Shown: positions 47,146 to 56,973 of the stretch, piece by piece
How positions within the stretch are numbered: the first letter of the stretch is position 1
How the letters are laid out: every line of letters starts with the position of its first letter
From: Lachnospirales bacterium
GTDB taxonomy: Bacteria > Bacillota > Clostridia > Lachnospirales > CAMZNU01
DNA: 64,000 nucleotides
Direction: 5' to 3'
NCBI GenBank assembly: GCA_047974375.1
Contig: JBKECF010000015.1
Coordinates: forward strand, 50,185 to 114,184
The notes under the pieces: model-generated
Seen by the model: only the letters and a program-made list of their open reading frames with translations
What the model was told of the DNA's origin: nothing
Database searches by the model: none
Made by a program: the position numbers and the translations under genes

Positions 47146-47781
47146 TTATCGTATTCCATTTTTATATTCATTGGGCGAAATGCCTGTTTCAGTTTTAAAA
47201 GCTTTAGTAAAATATCTATAATTATTATACCCTACTTTATCACATACCTCTGAAATTTTCATACCTTGCAGTAAAAATTTTTTAGCTTTATCTATACGTA
47301 ACTTTTTCAAATACTTTGTGAAATTCTCCCCTACTTCATCTTTAAATAAAGTACTTAAATAAGCGGGATTCACATCATATTTATAAGCATACTCTGCTAG
47401 TCCCATGTCCTTATAAAAATCCAATCTCAAATCCTCTAAAACATTTTGGATAATTATATGTTTTCCTGTGTTATTGAATAAATCTATTGTTCTAAAAATA
47501 TTTTTCAAATACTCTTTTATTTGCAGATTTATCTCTTCACTATTTTTTAATTTCTCTATAATTCTATAGCTTGGAAAGAAATCTAAATTATCAATTAAAT
47601 TGTATTCTTCAATAAAAACCCCGTAAATAAGGCAAGTAAGGTTAAATGCATAGAATTTATATTCATCTATACTTTTACTTATTTTATCATACTTTAAAAG
47701 TATTTGATTTATGCTCATATCAACATAATCAATCTCTTTATTTCTTATTTGATTAATTAATACTTTTATATCATTATTCAA
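47146..47781 (-). CDS. AraC-family transcriptional regulator (short N-terminal domain)
   Basis: C-terminal double HTH (AEYAYKYDVNPAYLSTLFKDEVG...ISEVCDKVGYNNYRYFTKAFKTETGISP). The start is a TTG. The frame is open for 26 more codons upstream without a canonical start. Confidence 0.75.
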   Translation of the reverse strand: MNNDIKVLINQIRNKEIDYVDMSINQILLKYDKISKSIDEYKFYAFNLTCLIYGVFIEEYNLIDNLDFFPSYRIIEKLKNSEEINLQIKEYLKNIFRTIDLFNNTGKHIIIQNVLEDLRLDFYKDMGLAEYAYKYDVNPAYLSTLFKDEVGENFTKYLKKLRIDKAKKFLLQGMKISEVCDKVGYNNYRYFTKAFKTETGISPNEYKNGIR

Positions 47782-47863
47782 AATACTTTGTGTATCTGAA
47801 TAAATATCTATAAAATCACCTTCTTTAATATCATCTATAAAATAATTTTTAAAGTTCTAAAAA

Positions 47864-49843
47864 CTATTTTTTTAAAATAAATACATCACGGGGTAAAATT
47901 TCTACCCTGCCTGTTAAAGTTTCATTTGTTAATAAATTTCTAACTTTGTCTTCACCAAAATCTATCCAGCTTTTTTCATGGTTATGGTTTAATACAAAAT
48001 AAATTATATTCTCATTAATTCTTTTTGTCACTTCTACATTTTCACCTGTATAATATTCAGGAGAAAAAGTAAAATTATAATTAATAAAATCTATTAGAAA
48101 ATCTTCTTTTACATCTGTACCTATATAGTACGCATTGCCATCACCATATTTATTTTTTGTTACGGCTGGTAATCCTTTATAAAAATCATATTCGTATACA
48201 CCTAACGCCATTGCACTATCTAGATTTATTAAATCACATAACATATTGGATTTATAAATTTTATTATTGTATTGTACTCCATTATTTTCATCTGGTAGTA
48301 ATGCATCTGTTTCTTCTACTCTTATTCCTAATAGCTCTTTAAGAGGTCCTGGGTATTCTCCAAATACACATTTATCATTATCATCAACTAATCCCGTCAT
48401 GGTTGTTGCTATGAAATTCCCACCTTTTTTAACATAGTCTATTATTTTTTTATCTATGTCATCTTTAATCATATACATCATTGGGGAGATAATAAGCTCG
48501 TAGGAACTCAAATCCCTATTAAAATGTAAAATATCCACAGGTATATTTAAATCATAAAAAACTTTATAATACTTTGCAACAAATTCTAAATAATTAATAT
48601 CTACACTTGGGCCACTAGATTGTTCAAGTGCCCACCAGTTTTCCCAATCAAAAAGAATACCAACTTTAGCGTCTATGGTACCACCAATAAATGCATCTCC
48701 TATTTTTTCAAGTTCTTTACCTAAGTTTGCACATTCCTTAAAAATTCTGGTATCGTTGCGTCCACTATGAGATATCATTGCACCGTGGAACTTTTCTTGT
48801 CCTCCGGTAGATTGCCTTAGTTGGAAATAAAGACAAGTGTCTGCACCATGAGCCATAGCTTGGTAAGCTAGCATTCTTACTTCTCCTGGTTTTTTTAGCT
48901 TATTATAGGGTTGCCAGTTTTGTTGATTTGGTGATTGCTCTGCTAATATATATGGCTGTCCATCTTTTAATCCTCGCATAATATCATGTTTAAAGGCAAC
49001 TAAACTTTTATCGTGAGTTGGCCACGGGTAGTTATCCCAACCAATTACATCCATATGCTTTGCCATTTCAAATTGATTCAACTTCTTTATATAGCCTGAT
49101 ATATTCGTTTGGACAGGAATATTTGGGGTATATTTTTTTAATATATTATATTCATTATTAAAACATTCAACTGTAGAATCAGTAACAAATTTTAAATAAT
49201 CCAACTGTATTATTGGGTTAAATCTGTAATCATCATTTAGTTCCGTTGGTAAAGTAACTTCATCAAACTCATAAACTTGCCTACCCCAAAAAGTTGTATT
49301 CCATTTTTCATTTAAATTATTTATTGTTTTATATTTATTTTGTAACCATTCTCTGAATAGTTTTTGACAATTTTCGCAATAACAGTATGTACCATATTCA
49401 TTAGCTACATGCCATATAGCAAGAGCAGGATGGCTACTATATCTTTTTGCCATTTCCTCTGCTATAGCGCCAGCCCTTTCCCTATATTTTTCACTATTGT
49501 AACAAAAAAACACACGCATGCCATGAGTTCTTTTTCTGCCACTTATATCCACTGGTAAAACCTCGGGATATTTTGTAGAAAGCCAAGACGGTTGTGCCAC
49601 TGTTGGCGTTGCCAAACAAACAGAAATATTATTCTCACTAAATTTATTCATTAATTTATCTAGCCAATCAAAGTCGTATATCCCCTCTGATGGTTCTAAC
49701 TTAGCCCAAGCAAATACTGGTAACGTAACTAAGTTAACACCTAATTCCTTAAAATATTTCATGTCTATATCGATTGTTTCATCGTCCCATTGGTCTGGGT
49801 TATAGTCTCCACCAAAAAAAATTTTATTTGATATTTTAAACAT
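47864..49843 (-). CDS. GH42 beta-galactosidase
   Basis: FFGGDYNPDQW and WHVANEYG (acid/base Glu region), 659 aa, downstream of a sugar ABC operon. Confidence 0.88.
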   Translation of the reverse strand: MFKISNKIFFGGDYNPDQWDDETIDIDMKYFKELGVNLVTLPVFAWAKLEPSEGIYDFDWLDKLMNKFSENNISVCLATPTVAQPSWLSTKYPEVLPVDISGRKRTHGMRVFFCYNSEKYRERAGAIAEEMAKRYSSHPALAIWHVANEYGTYCYCENCQKLFREWLQNKYKTINNLNEKWNTTFWGRQVYEFDEVTLPTELNDDYRFNPIIQLDYLKFVTDSTVECFNNEYNILKKYTPNIPVQTNISGYIKKLNQFEMAKHMDVIGWDNYPWPTHDKSLVAFKHDIMRGLKDGQPYILAEQSPNQQNWQPYNKLKKPGEVRMLAYQAMAHGADTCLYFQLRQSTGGQEKFHGAMISHSGRNDTRIFKECANLGKELEKIGDAFIGGTIDAKVGILFDWENWWALEQSSGPSVDINYLEFVAKYYKVFYDLNIPVDILHFNRDLSSYELIISPMMYMIKDDIDKKIIDYVKKGGNFIATTMTGLVDDNDKCVFGEYPGPLKELLGIRVEETDALLPDENNGVQYNNKIYKSNMLCDLINLDSAMALGVYEYDFYKGLPAVTKNKYGDGNAYYIGTDVKEDFLIDFINYNFTFSPEYYTGENVEVTKRINENIIYFVLNHNHEKSWIDFGEDKVRNLLTNETLTGRVEILPRDVFILKK

Positions 49844-49860
49844 AAATACTCCTTTTATAA

Positions 49861-50667
49861 TTATTTTGTTGAACCAACCATACCTTCTACAAAAGCTCTT
49901 TGTAAAAGGAAAAATACAATTAAGGTAGGTAGTGTTGAAACAAGAATGCCTACCATTATCATTCCATAATCAGGATTAAAATCTGATGCTAAATTTGAAA
50001 CCACTAGAGGCAAAGTAAACTTATTGCTAGTTTGTAATGCAACCAGTGGCCACATATAATTGTTCCAGCTTGCCATAAATGAAAATATACCAGCAGCTGC
50101 ATATGTAGATTTCATCATAGGCATATATATTCTAAAAAATATTTGTAATTCATTTAATCCATCCACCCTGGCGGCTTGAATTGTTTCTCTTGGAAATGAA
50201 TGTGTGTTTTGCTTAAAAAAGAAAACCAAAAAAGGTGTGCCAACTGCCGGTAAAATGATTGCTAAATAAGAATTTAATAGCCCAATATTCGCAAACATTC
50301 TAAACATAGGAATAATTTTAGATGCAAAGGGAACCATCATGGATGCAATTAAAACTATTAGCACTATTTCTTTTGCCTTGGAACTAAAAATTACAAAAGC
50401 ATATCCCGCCATTGAACAAATAATTAATGAAAGTGAAGTAATAATTATTGCCAACTGTGCCGAATTTATAAAAGCAGACCAAATATCTGAGTGTTCAAAA
50501 GCATTTCGTACATTTTCAAAAAAGTAATTTCCAAAAGAAAGCTTACCAAGAGTAATATCCTTTGAGATGTTTGTAGAACTAACTATCATCCAGTAAAAGG
50601 GAAAAACACAAAGAAATGATGCACTTAACATAAAAATTTGTTTTAAAATATTTTTAACTTTTTCCAT
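49861..50667 (-). CDS. Carbohydrate ABC transporter permease (MalG type)
   Basis: 268 aa with EAA loop ETIQAARVDGLN. Confidence 0.85.
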   Translation of the reverse strand: MEKVKNILKQIFMLSASFLCVFPFYWMIVSSTNISKDITLGKLSFGNYFFENVRNAFEHSDIWSAFINSAQLAIIITSLSLIICSMAGYAFVIFSSKAKEIVLIVLIASMMVPFASKIIPMFRMFANIGLLNSYLAIILPAVGTPFLVFFFKQNTHSFPRETIQAARVDGLNELQIFFRIYMPMMKSTYAAAGIFSFMASWNNYMWPLVALQTSNKFTLPLVVSNLASDFNPDYGMIMVGILVSTLPTLIVFFLLQRAFVEGMVGSTK

Positions 50668-50676
50668 AATATTCTC

Positions 50677-51558
50677 CTACTCCTCTTTCATAAATTTTTT
50701 TTGAACAATTGTTAGCAATATAACGATTACTAAAACTATATAGGATACAGCCGCAGCATATCCATAATTCGGTACATATACAAAAGATAAATTATAAATA
50801 TATTGAGAAATACTCATTGTAGCATTACCAGGTCCGCCATTAGTAAGGTTGACCACTTCATCAAAAATTTGTAATGTAGAATTTAATGCCATTATACTTG
50901 TTAAAAAAATAATTGGTTTCAATAATGGCATTGTTATACTTGTAAATATCCTTGCACTGTTAGCTCCATCGATTTTTCCAGCCTCATAAACTGACTTATC
51001 AATATTCTGTAATGCAGATAAATAAAATATCATATAGTATCCTGTGCTTTTCCAAACTAAAGCAATTATAATAAGTATTTTACCCCAAAATGCATCTAAT
51101 ACAAAGGGAATACCAGTTTCGATTAAGCCAAAGGTAATTAATAGTTTATTTACTAGTCCATCTACAGCGAAAAGATTTTTAAATAAAATGGCATAGGAAA
51201 CAGGGGCTGTAACACAAGGTAAAAAAATACAGGTCCTATATATACCCCTAAATTTTAGAGTATTATCATTTAATATAACCGCAAAAATTAAAGAAAATAA
51301 AAGCATTATTGGTATATGAACTGTATATATAATAGTATTTTTTAAAGTTTCAATAAAAACTGCATCCGTAAATAGTCTTTTGTAATTTTCTATTCCGGCA
51401 TAACTTAAATTAACACCTTTACCAGTTTTAAGAGACAATATAAAAGCTTGAATCATAGGAATATAAGCAAAAATTAAAATCATTAATGTAGCAATTAAAA
51501 TCATTGACCAACCTGAAAATTTATATTTTTTTGACAAAAAATCACAACCTTCTCTCAT
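50677..51558 (-). CDS. Carbohydrate ABC transporter permease (MalF type)
   Basis: EAA loop VYEAGKIDGAN. The track start (GTG 51573) lies inside the upstream hairpin stem. ATG 51558, or TTG 51537 preceded by GAGAAGG, is more plausible. Confidence 0.8.
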   Translation of the reverse strand: MREGCDFLSKKYKFSGWSMILIATLMILIFAYIPMIQAFILSLKTGKGVNLSYAGIENYKRLFTDAVFIETLKNTIIYTVHIPIMLLFSLIFAVILNDNTLKFRGIYRTCIFLPCVTAPVSYAILFKNLFAVDGLVNKLLITFGLIETGIPFVLDAFWGKILIIIALVWKSTGYYMIFYLSALQNIDKSVYEAGKIDGANSARIFTSITMPLLKPIIFLTSIMALNSTLQIFDEVVNLTNGGPGNATMSISQYIYNLSFVYVPNYGYAAAVSYIVLVIVILLTIVQKKFMKEE

Positions 51559-51560
51559 AT

Positions 51561-51600
51561 TTATAAAAGACACTAATTTAATTTTTTTGAAATTAGTGTC
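51561..51600 (-). terminator. Intra-operon hairpin/attenuator after the SBP gene
   Basis: Perfect 11-bp stem GACACTAATTT/AAATTAGTGTC followed on the minus strand by TTTT. Confidence 0.5.
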
Positions 51601-51613
51601 TTTAAATTATTTG

Positions 51614-52927
51614 CTATTGAACCATTTGACTGTATTGAATTGTGGCATCTTCTAGTGCTTTTTGTAAATCTCCATTTTGTAAATACGTTGGCATAACAGC
51701 CTTAAGGGCTTCTTGTGCTTCTGCAGAATATGCCCCTGTATATACGGCAGGAATTTTACTTAACCAATTAGCTAAATCTGCATTTAATTTTTGACCTCCA
51801 TAAAATTCCATTTCAATATTAAAGGCATCTACATCTCCAGCAGGTAAATATGTTCCCATAATATTCTTTTCACCTAACAAAGTATTGTACAGTTCTGTAC
51901 TACTGGCAAAGGTATTGGCAAGAAAATCCAAAGCTACATCTGCATTAGTACTATTTTCTAAAATAAACCAACTAGAACCACCTTGGTTAGAATAATTTGT
52001 TGCCAACTCAACATTTAAAGAAGGAACCGGTGCTACTGACCAAAGACCACTTTGGCTTGGTTCCTGCATAATTGTAGGTGATATCCATGAACCTCTAATT
52101 ACACATGCTACATCACCACTATTTATTGCCCCTGTAAATTCTGTCCAGTCACTAACAAGTTTAACATTGTCAGAATCATTAAAAGTTTTAAATATTTCAA
52201 AACATTGTTTCAATGCCTCGTTATTTTCAAAGTTAGCATTTCCAGCTTCGTCAGTAAACCAAGTTCCAGCAGACTGAAGCATTATTTGAAATTCAGACAC
52301 ATCATTAGGATTATAAGTTTGTAAGTAATGTCCTTTTTCTTTTAATAGCTCGCCTAGGGCTATATACTTATCCCAAGTTAAGTTTTGCATATCCTCCTCT
52401 GTATATCCAACTTCTTCAATATAATCCTTACGATAAAATAATCCAGCCACACCTGTATCAAAAGGAACACCATAACCAACGCCATCAAATGAAAGCATTG
52501 GCTCTTTATAAGCAGCAAAGTCATTATAATTAATTTTTTCATCTACAGCTTTAAAAGAACCTGGATAAGACATTAAATATCCTTGTGCATTTAAATCGCT
52601 TATTGCTACTACCTCTGGTAATTCATCTGTTACACCCGAAGCTAATACTGTATGTAATTTTTGTAAAACATCTGCCTTGCCCATTTCAACAAAATTTATA
52701 TCTGCATCATTATAAATCTTATCAGCTTCTTCCATAGCAAAACCATTAAAAGTTTTATCCCATGCCCAAACAGTAACTTCTTCCTCGCTGCTTTCATCTG
52801 GTGAGTTTTTTGCCTCGTTTTTTGTATCACTTATAGAAGACTCATTTTCTTCATAATTAGAACTACATCCAACTCCAAAAACCGTCGCCATACAAAGTAC
52901 AATTAAAAATTTATTTTTTCTTTTCAT
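51614..52927 (-). CDS. Sugar ABC transporter substrate-binding lipoprotein
   Basis: MKRKNKFLIVLCMATVFGVGCSS lipobox. Start is ATG 52927 after GGAGGT. Confidence 0.85.
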   Translation of the reverse strand: MKRKNKFLIVLCMATVFGVGCSSNYEENESSISDTKNEAKNSPDESSEEEVTVWAWDKTFNGFAMEEADKIYNDADINFVEMGKADVLQKLHTVLASGVTDELPEVVAISDLNAQGYLMSYPGSFKAVDEKINYNDFAAYKEPMLSFDGVGYGVPFDTGVAGLFYRKDYIEEVGYTEEDMQNLTWDKYIALGELLKEKGHYLQTYNPNDVSEFQIMLQSAGTWFTDEAGNANFENNEALKQCFEIFKTFNDSDNVKLVSDWTEFTGAINSGDVACVIRGSWISPTIMQEPSQSGLWSVAPVPSLNVELATNYSNQGGSSWFILENSTNADVALDFLANTFASSTELYNTLLGEKNIMGTYLPAGDVDAFNIEMEFYGGQKLNADLANWLSKIPAVYTGAYSAEAQEALKAVMPTYLQNGDLQKALEDATIQYSQMVQ

Positions 52928-53107
52928 ATAAACCTCCATTTTTTATAAACACTTTAACTTTTGTTTATATATAGGTTATCATATAAATGTGGCTTTATAT
53001 TGTGATGTTTTTTTGTAAAATGTGCACTTTTTTTATAATGGCATCTAAAAATTACTTTTTTATCCTATTATGAATATAACCTTAAGAATAAAAAGAAAGG
53101 AAAAACC

Positions 53108-55210
53108 ATGAATATAAATGAATTATATAGAAATAAATTAAAATCCTTTAATAAAAAAATAATTGTACTTGATGATGACCCTACAGGAACACAAACCGTA
53201 CAAGATATAACCGTTTATACCAAATCTACCTATAAATATATAAAAGAAGGTTTTTTAGAAAATTCCCCTATGTTTTTTATTCTTACAAATTCTAGAAGCT
53301 TTTCTGAAGATGAAACAAAATATTACCATGAAGAAATAGCGCAAAAAATAGAACAAGTATCCATTGAATTATCCATGGATTATATAATAATTTCCAGAAG
53401 TGATTCAACGCTTCGAGGCCACTATCCTATAGAAACTGAAATTATAAATGAAACCTTAGGTGGCTTCCATGGGGAAATAATTTGCCCTTTTTTTTACGAG
53501 GGTAAAAGATTTACTTTTAACAATACTCATTACTTGGAGCAAAATGGAAATTTACTGCAAGTAAGTGAAACAGAATTTGCAAAGGATAAAACATTTGGTT
53601 ATAAAAATTCACACTTAGGCAAATTCATAGAAGAAAAATCCAATGGTAGCTATTTAGAAAAAGACACCATTTATATTGAACTTGATGAAATACGCAAATA
53701 CAATTTATATTCCATTAAAGAAAAACTTTTTTCTGCCGAAAAATTTACGAAGATAGTTGTAAATGCAATGTGCTATGAAGATTTAAAAGTATTTACTATT
53801 GCCCTAATTGATGTAATAAATACAGGGAAATCATTTTTATTTAGAACAGCAGCATCTTTTCCGAAAATAATTGGCGGTGTAATAGACGTGCCTTTACTAA
53901 ATGGTTTTGACTTAACAAAAGATAACAAAGGAGGGATAATAATAATAGGTTCATATGTTCAAAAAACTACAGAACAATTAAATGAGCTTATAAATAATTA
54001 TAATTTAGACTTTCAAGAATTTAATGTTTACAAAATATCAGAAACCAACGGACTACAAAAAGAAACTTCAAGAATTGTGTCTATTTGTAATGCAAATATA
54101 ATAAAAGGCAAAACCACAGTTATTTATACTAGTCGTAAATTAATAAACACAAAAGAAATGAGTAAAGAAGAAGCCCTTAAAATGTCCGTTGATATATCAA
54201 GTTCATTTACAAAAATCATAGGACAACTAGAATCGAGACCCAAATATATACTAGCTAAAGGTGGTATGACAGCAAGCGATGTGGCAACAATAGCCCTAAA
54301 AGTAACAAAGGGCAAAATATTAGGACAAATCGAAAAAGGTATACCCGTATGGTTAACTGATAATAATAGCAAATTCCCATGTATTCCCTATATAATTTTT
54401 CCAGGTAATGTTGGAGAAGTTGAAACATTAAATAATATTGTAAAAGGGTTGGAAGAATACGACTATAAAAGTGTAATTATATCCGTTGCACCTATTAGTA
54501 CTTCAACCCATTTAAATATAAAAACTCTATGTGAAGATGTAAGGAAATGTTCAGAGCTTGGAGCTTCAATTTGTCATCTATCTTCAAAAAATATAATATA
54601 CACAAATAAAGTTCTTCAATACATTTACAACAACGACATTATTATACAAACTTCTCTAGAAAAAGGGTTAACATCACTTACTTATGAAAAAGTTATAAGT
54701 TCTTCAGTAATAGGAGGCTCAATTAACCTTGATGGAGAAGTTTACATAAATTCTACAAATGATATAAAACTTTTTCTAGAAACAATAACAGAGAAAAATA
54801 TAACACCAGAAATAGATATTTATGACATTTCCATGATATACAACATAGTTGATTTACAAAAAGAACTGAATTTTAAAAGACCTATAATCTATAATCTTGT
54901 TTTTGGCCGTGAAGGTGGACTACCAGCTACAATTGAATGTCTTACTACTTTAAAATCTTTTGTACCAGATAACTGCATATGGGGTGTAACTCATTATGAA
55001 CGCAAAGACTGGTCTTTTATTACCACCGCTCTTGGAATGGGAGCAAAACTCATAAGAGTTGGCTTTGAAAATAGCTCCTATCTTTCTAATAATATAAAAG
55101 CAAAATATAATTATGAAATATTAAAAGAACTAGCTCAAATAATTAAGGCAATAGGGCTGAAAACATCTACCGATAATACCACGAAAAAAATAATACAGGC
55201 TAAATTTTAA
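53108..55210 (+). CDS. Fusion protein: four-carbon acid sugar kinase family (DUF1537-type, aa 1-~452) plus a BKACE/DUF849-like TIM-barrel domain (aa ~453-700)
   Basis: N-terminal part: IIVLDDDPTGTQTVQD, SRSDSTLRGHY, ILAKGGMTASDV, PYIIFPGNVG. C-terminal part: VIISVAPIST, ASICHLSS, GREGGLPATIECL, CIWGVTHYER, GAKLIRVGFENS. These are colinear with 3-keto-5-aminohexanoate cleavage enzyme family motifs as I recall them. Confidence 0.6.
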   Translation: MNINELYRNKLKSFNKKIIVLDDDPTGTQTVQDITVYTKSTYKYIKEGFLENSPMFFILTNSRSFSEDETKYYHEEIAQKIEQVSIELSMDYIIISRSDSTLRGHYPIETEIINETLGGFHGEIICPFFYEGKRFTFNNTHYLEQNGNLLQVSETEFAKDKTFGYKNSHLGKFIEEKSNGSYLEKDTIYIELDEIRKYNLYSIKEKLFSAEKFTKIVVNAMCYEDLKVFTIALIDVINTGKSFLFRTAASFPKIIGGVIDVPLLNGFDLTKDNKGGIIIIGSYVQKTTEQLNELINNYNLDFQEFNVYKISETNGLQKETSRIVSICNANIIKGKTTVIYTSRKLINTKEMSKEEALKMSVDISSSFTKIIGQLESRPKYILAKGGMTASDVATIALKVTKGKILGQIEKGIPVWLTDNNSKFPCIPYIIFPGNVGEVETLNNIVKGLEEYDYKSVIISVAPISTSTHLNIKTLCEDVRKCSELGASICHLSSKNIIYTNKVLQYIYNNDIIIQTSLEKGLTSLTYEKVISSSVIGGSINLDGEVYINSTNDIKLFLETITEKNITPEIDIYDISMIYNIVDLQKELNFKRPIIYNLVFGREGGLPATIECLTTLKSFVPDNCIWGVTHYERKDWSFITTALGMGAKLIRVGFENSSYLSNNIKAKYNYEILKELAQIIKAIGLKTSTDNTTKKIIQAKF

Positions 55211-55279
55211 TATATTTTAAAAGGAACAAGTTACATCTATATAATAATAAAATAGTTAATTTGTTCCTTTTATTTAAGT

Positions 55280-55376
55280 AAGTAATAGACCTATCCTCCA
55301 GCGGGAGTTTATACCCCACTGAGCAATAAATTAGACATACCCATAGTGTTAAGAATTAGGGTCTAATTCTAAGGAT
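55280..55376 (-). repeat. Copy 2 (shorter, more diverged) of the structured dispersed element
   Basis: The reverse complement shares three blocks with copies 1 and 3: AGAATTAGACCC, GTCTAA...TCAGTGGGG and GATAGGTCTATTACT. The hairpin is retained with G-U pairs. It starts 5 nt after the stop of the SBP gene on the same strand. Confidence 0.65.
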
Positions 55377-55381
55377 TAAAT

Positions 55382-56959
55382 CTATTTATTTTTTAAATAC
55401 TCTTCTATTTGACGAATTACCTCAGTTTTTATTTTAGGTAGACCCGCAATTTCCGCTTTAGAGTTAAGCTCTATTAAAGTTTCCTCTACATTGTCCACCA
55501 ATCCTAAATCTAATAGTGGTACGTACTGAGTATATACGCTTTGTAAATTTGCTAACTCGTTTTTTACATTTGTATCGTCAAATGAAAATGCATCTGTAGG
55601 TAAACTTAAGGCTTTATCTGTCCAAATTTCACCTAGTGTAACTTGATCGGAAAATGTACCTTCTCGTGTCATATCATACATAGTATTTTTGAACCCCCAA
55701 GAAAACGCATTGCCATAAGGGTATCTTTCCATTTCTTCACTTGGTTTCCATGTTGTTTCATTTACTATTTCGTAGTGTTTTCCTTCAATGCCATGACGAA
55801 CTAACCTATATAAGCTCTCATCAAACTTTAATATATCTAATGCCATAAAAGCACGCTCTTGGTTTTTAGAATTTGCCACAACAGCAATTCCATCTCCTGT
55901 ATAGCTTGATAAAAATCTGTTGGTATTTGGAAATAAGTCATATATTTCTGGTTTCCACTCTGGATGAGCAATCTCTACTTCTGATGCTAAAGCGCCTACA
56001 GTACCTAAATTTTGCACATAGCTTGCACTAGTTCCATTTAAAAATGATTCTTTTGGATCTGTAGCATTAGCTATTGCGCTTTTAGACCAATATCCTTCGT
56101 CTGCCCATTTTTTCATTTGTTTCGCATAATCCATATAATTCTCTGATTTAAATAGCCAAAATACATCATCTTGTGTAAAATCTTCTGAATATTCATAAGT
56201 AAAGTAATTTATTAATGAACCCTCCATAAGAGCCCAATCATTTTTTAGATTAATTAATACTTTTCTTAAATTATCATTGTGCTGTGATGCATTATAAGGA
56301 AATGAAACTCCTGAATCCTTATCCGTTGCTACTTCCTTAAAATATCTTGCTAAATCATCTTCCGATACAAGCCTTTCCATACCATATTTTTCTCTTAGAT
56401 CTCCACGTATTAATACGGCATTTGCATTTACCTTTGCCATATTACATGGAACAAAGTAAACTTTTCCATCTATTTTTGATTGTCCCCAAGATGCTTCTGC
56501 TTGATTTTTTTTATGAAGCGGCATATAGCTATTTAAAACAGTATCTGTTATTTCCGTAAACGCACCTTTGTTAGCCTCGGATTGGTAAAATGCCCAAGTT
56601 GAAGAATAAATTAAATCAAAATCTTCACCCCCAGCTATGGTTAAGGCGTATTTTGTTGAATAATCGCTTAAAGACATACTTTTAAGAGAGAGAGTTGCAT
56701 TTATTTTTTCTTTAAGGGTTTTATTTATTTCATCTAAAACTAAATCCTCGTCTTCTGTTTTATCTCCTATATAGTACATAGCCAGCTCAACAGGTTCTGA
56801 TATATCTTGATCATTGTATACTGCTGCTATTTTTTCGCTATTTGTTTTGGTTTCCTGAATAATTTCAGAACTCTCATTGTTTTTAGCACAACTTACCATA
56901 ATACTAATTATTACCAGTATTGTCAGAAAATGTTTAATAATTTTTACAGTTTTTTTCAT
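55382..56959 (-). CDS. Extracellular solute-binding lipoprotein, LplA-like (large family-1 SBP)
   Basis: 525 aa, lipobox MVSC, in operon with LplB/LplC-type permeases. Confidence 0.8.
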   Translation of the reverse strand: MKKTVKIIKHFLTILVIISIMVSCAKNNESSEIIQETKTNSEKIAAVYNDQDISEPVELAMYYIGDKTEDEDLVLDEINKTLKEKINATLSLKSMSLSDYSTKYALTIAGGEDFDLIYSSTWAFYQSEANKGAFTEITDTVLNSYMPLHKKNQAEASWGQSKIDGKVYFVPCNMAKVNANAVLIRGDLREKYGMERLVSEDDLARYFKEVATDKDSGVSFPYNASQHNDNLRKVLINLKNDWALMEGSLINYFTYEYSEDFTQDDVFWLFKSENYMDYAKQMKKWADEGYWSKSAIANATDPKESFLNGTSASYVQNLGTVGALASEVEIAHPEWKPEIYDLFPNTNRFLSSYTGDGIAVVANSKNQERAFMALDILKFDESLYRLVRHGIEGKHYEIVNETTWKPSEEMERYPYGNAFSWGFKNTMYDMTREGTFSDQVTLGEIWTDKALSLPTDAFSFDDTNVKNELANLQSVYTQYVPLLDLGLVDNVEETLIELNSKAEIAGLPKIKTEVIRQIEEYLKNK

Positions 56960-56973
56960 AAAATCCTCCTATT

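Noticed and set aside
47782-47863. Open frame extending 26 codons upstream of the AraC-regulator TTG start, considered as evidence for an N-terminally truncated pseudogene
   Set aside because: The extension has no start codon and ends at a TAG right after the GH42 stop. A 211-aa AraC-type protein with a small N-terminal domain is plausible, so there is not enough evidence for decay.
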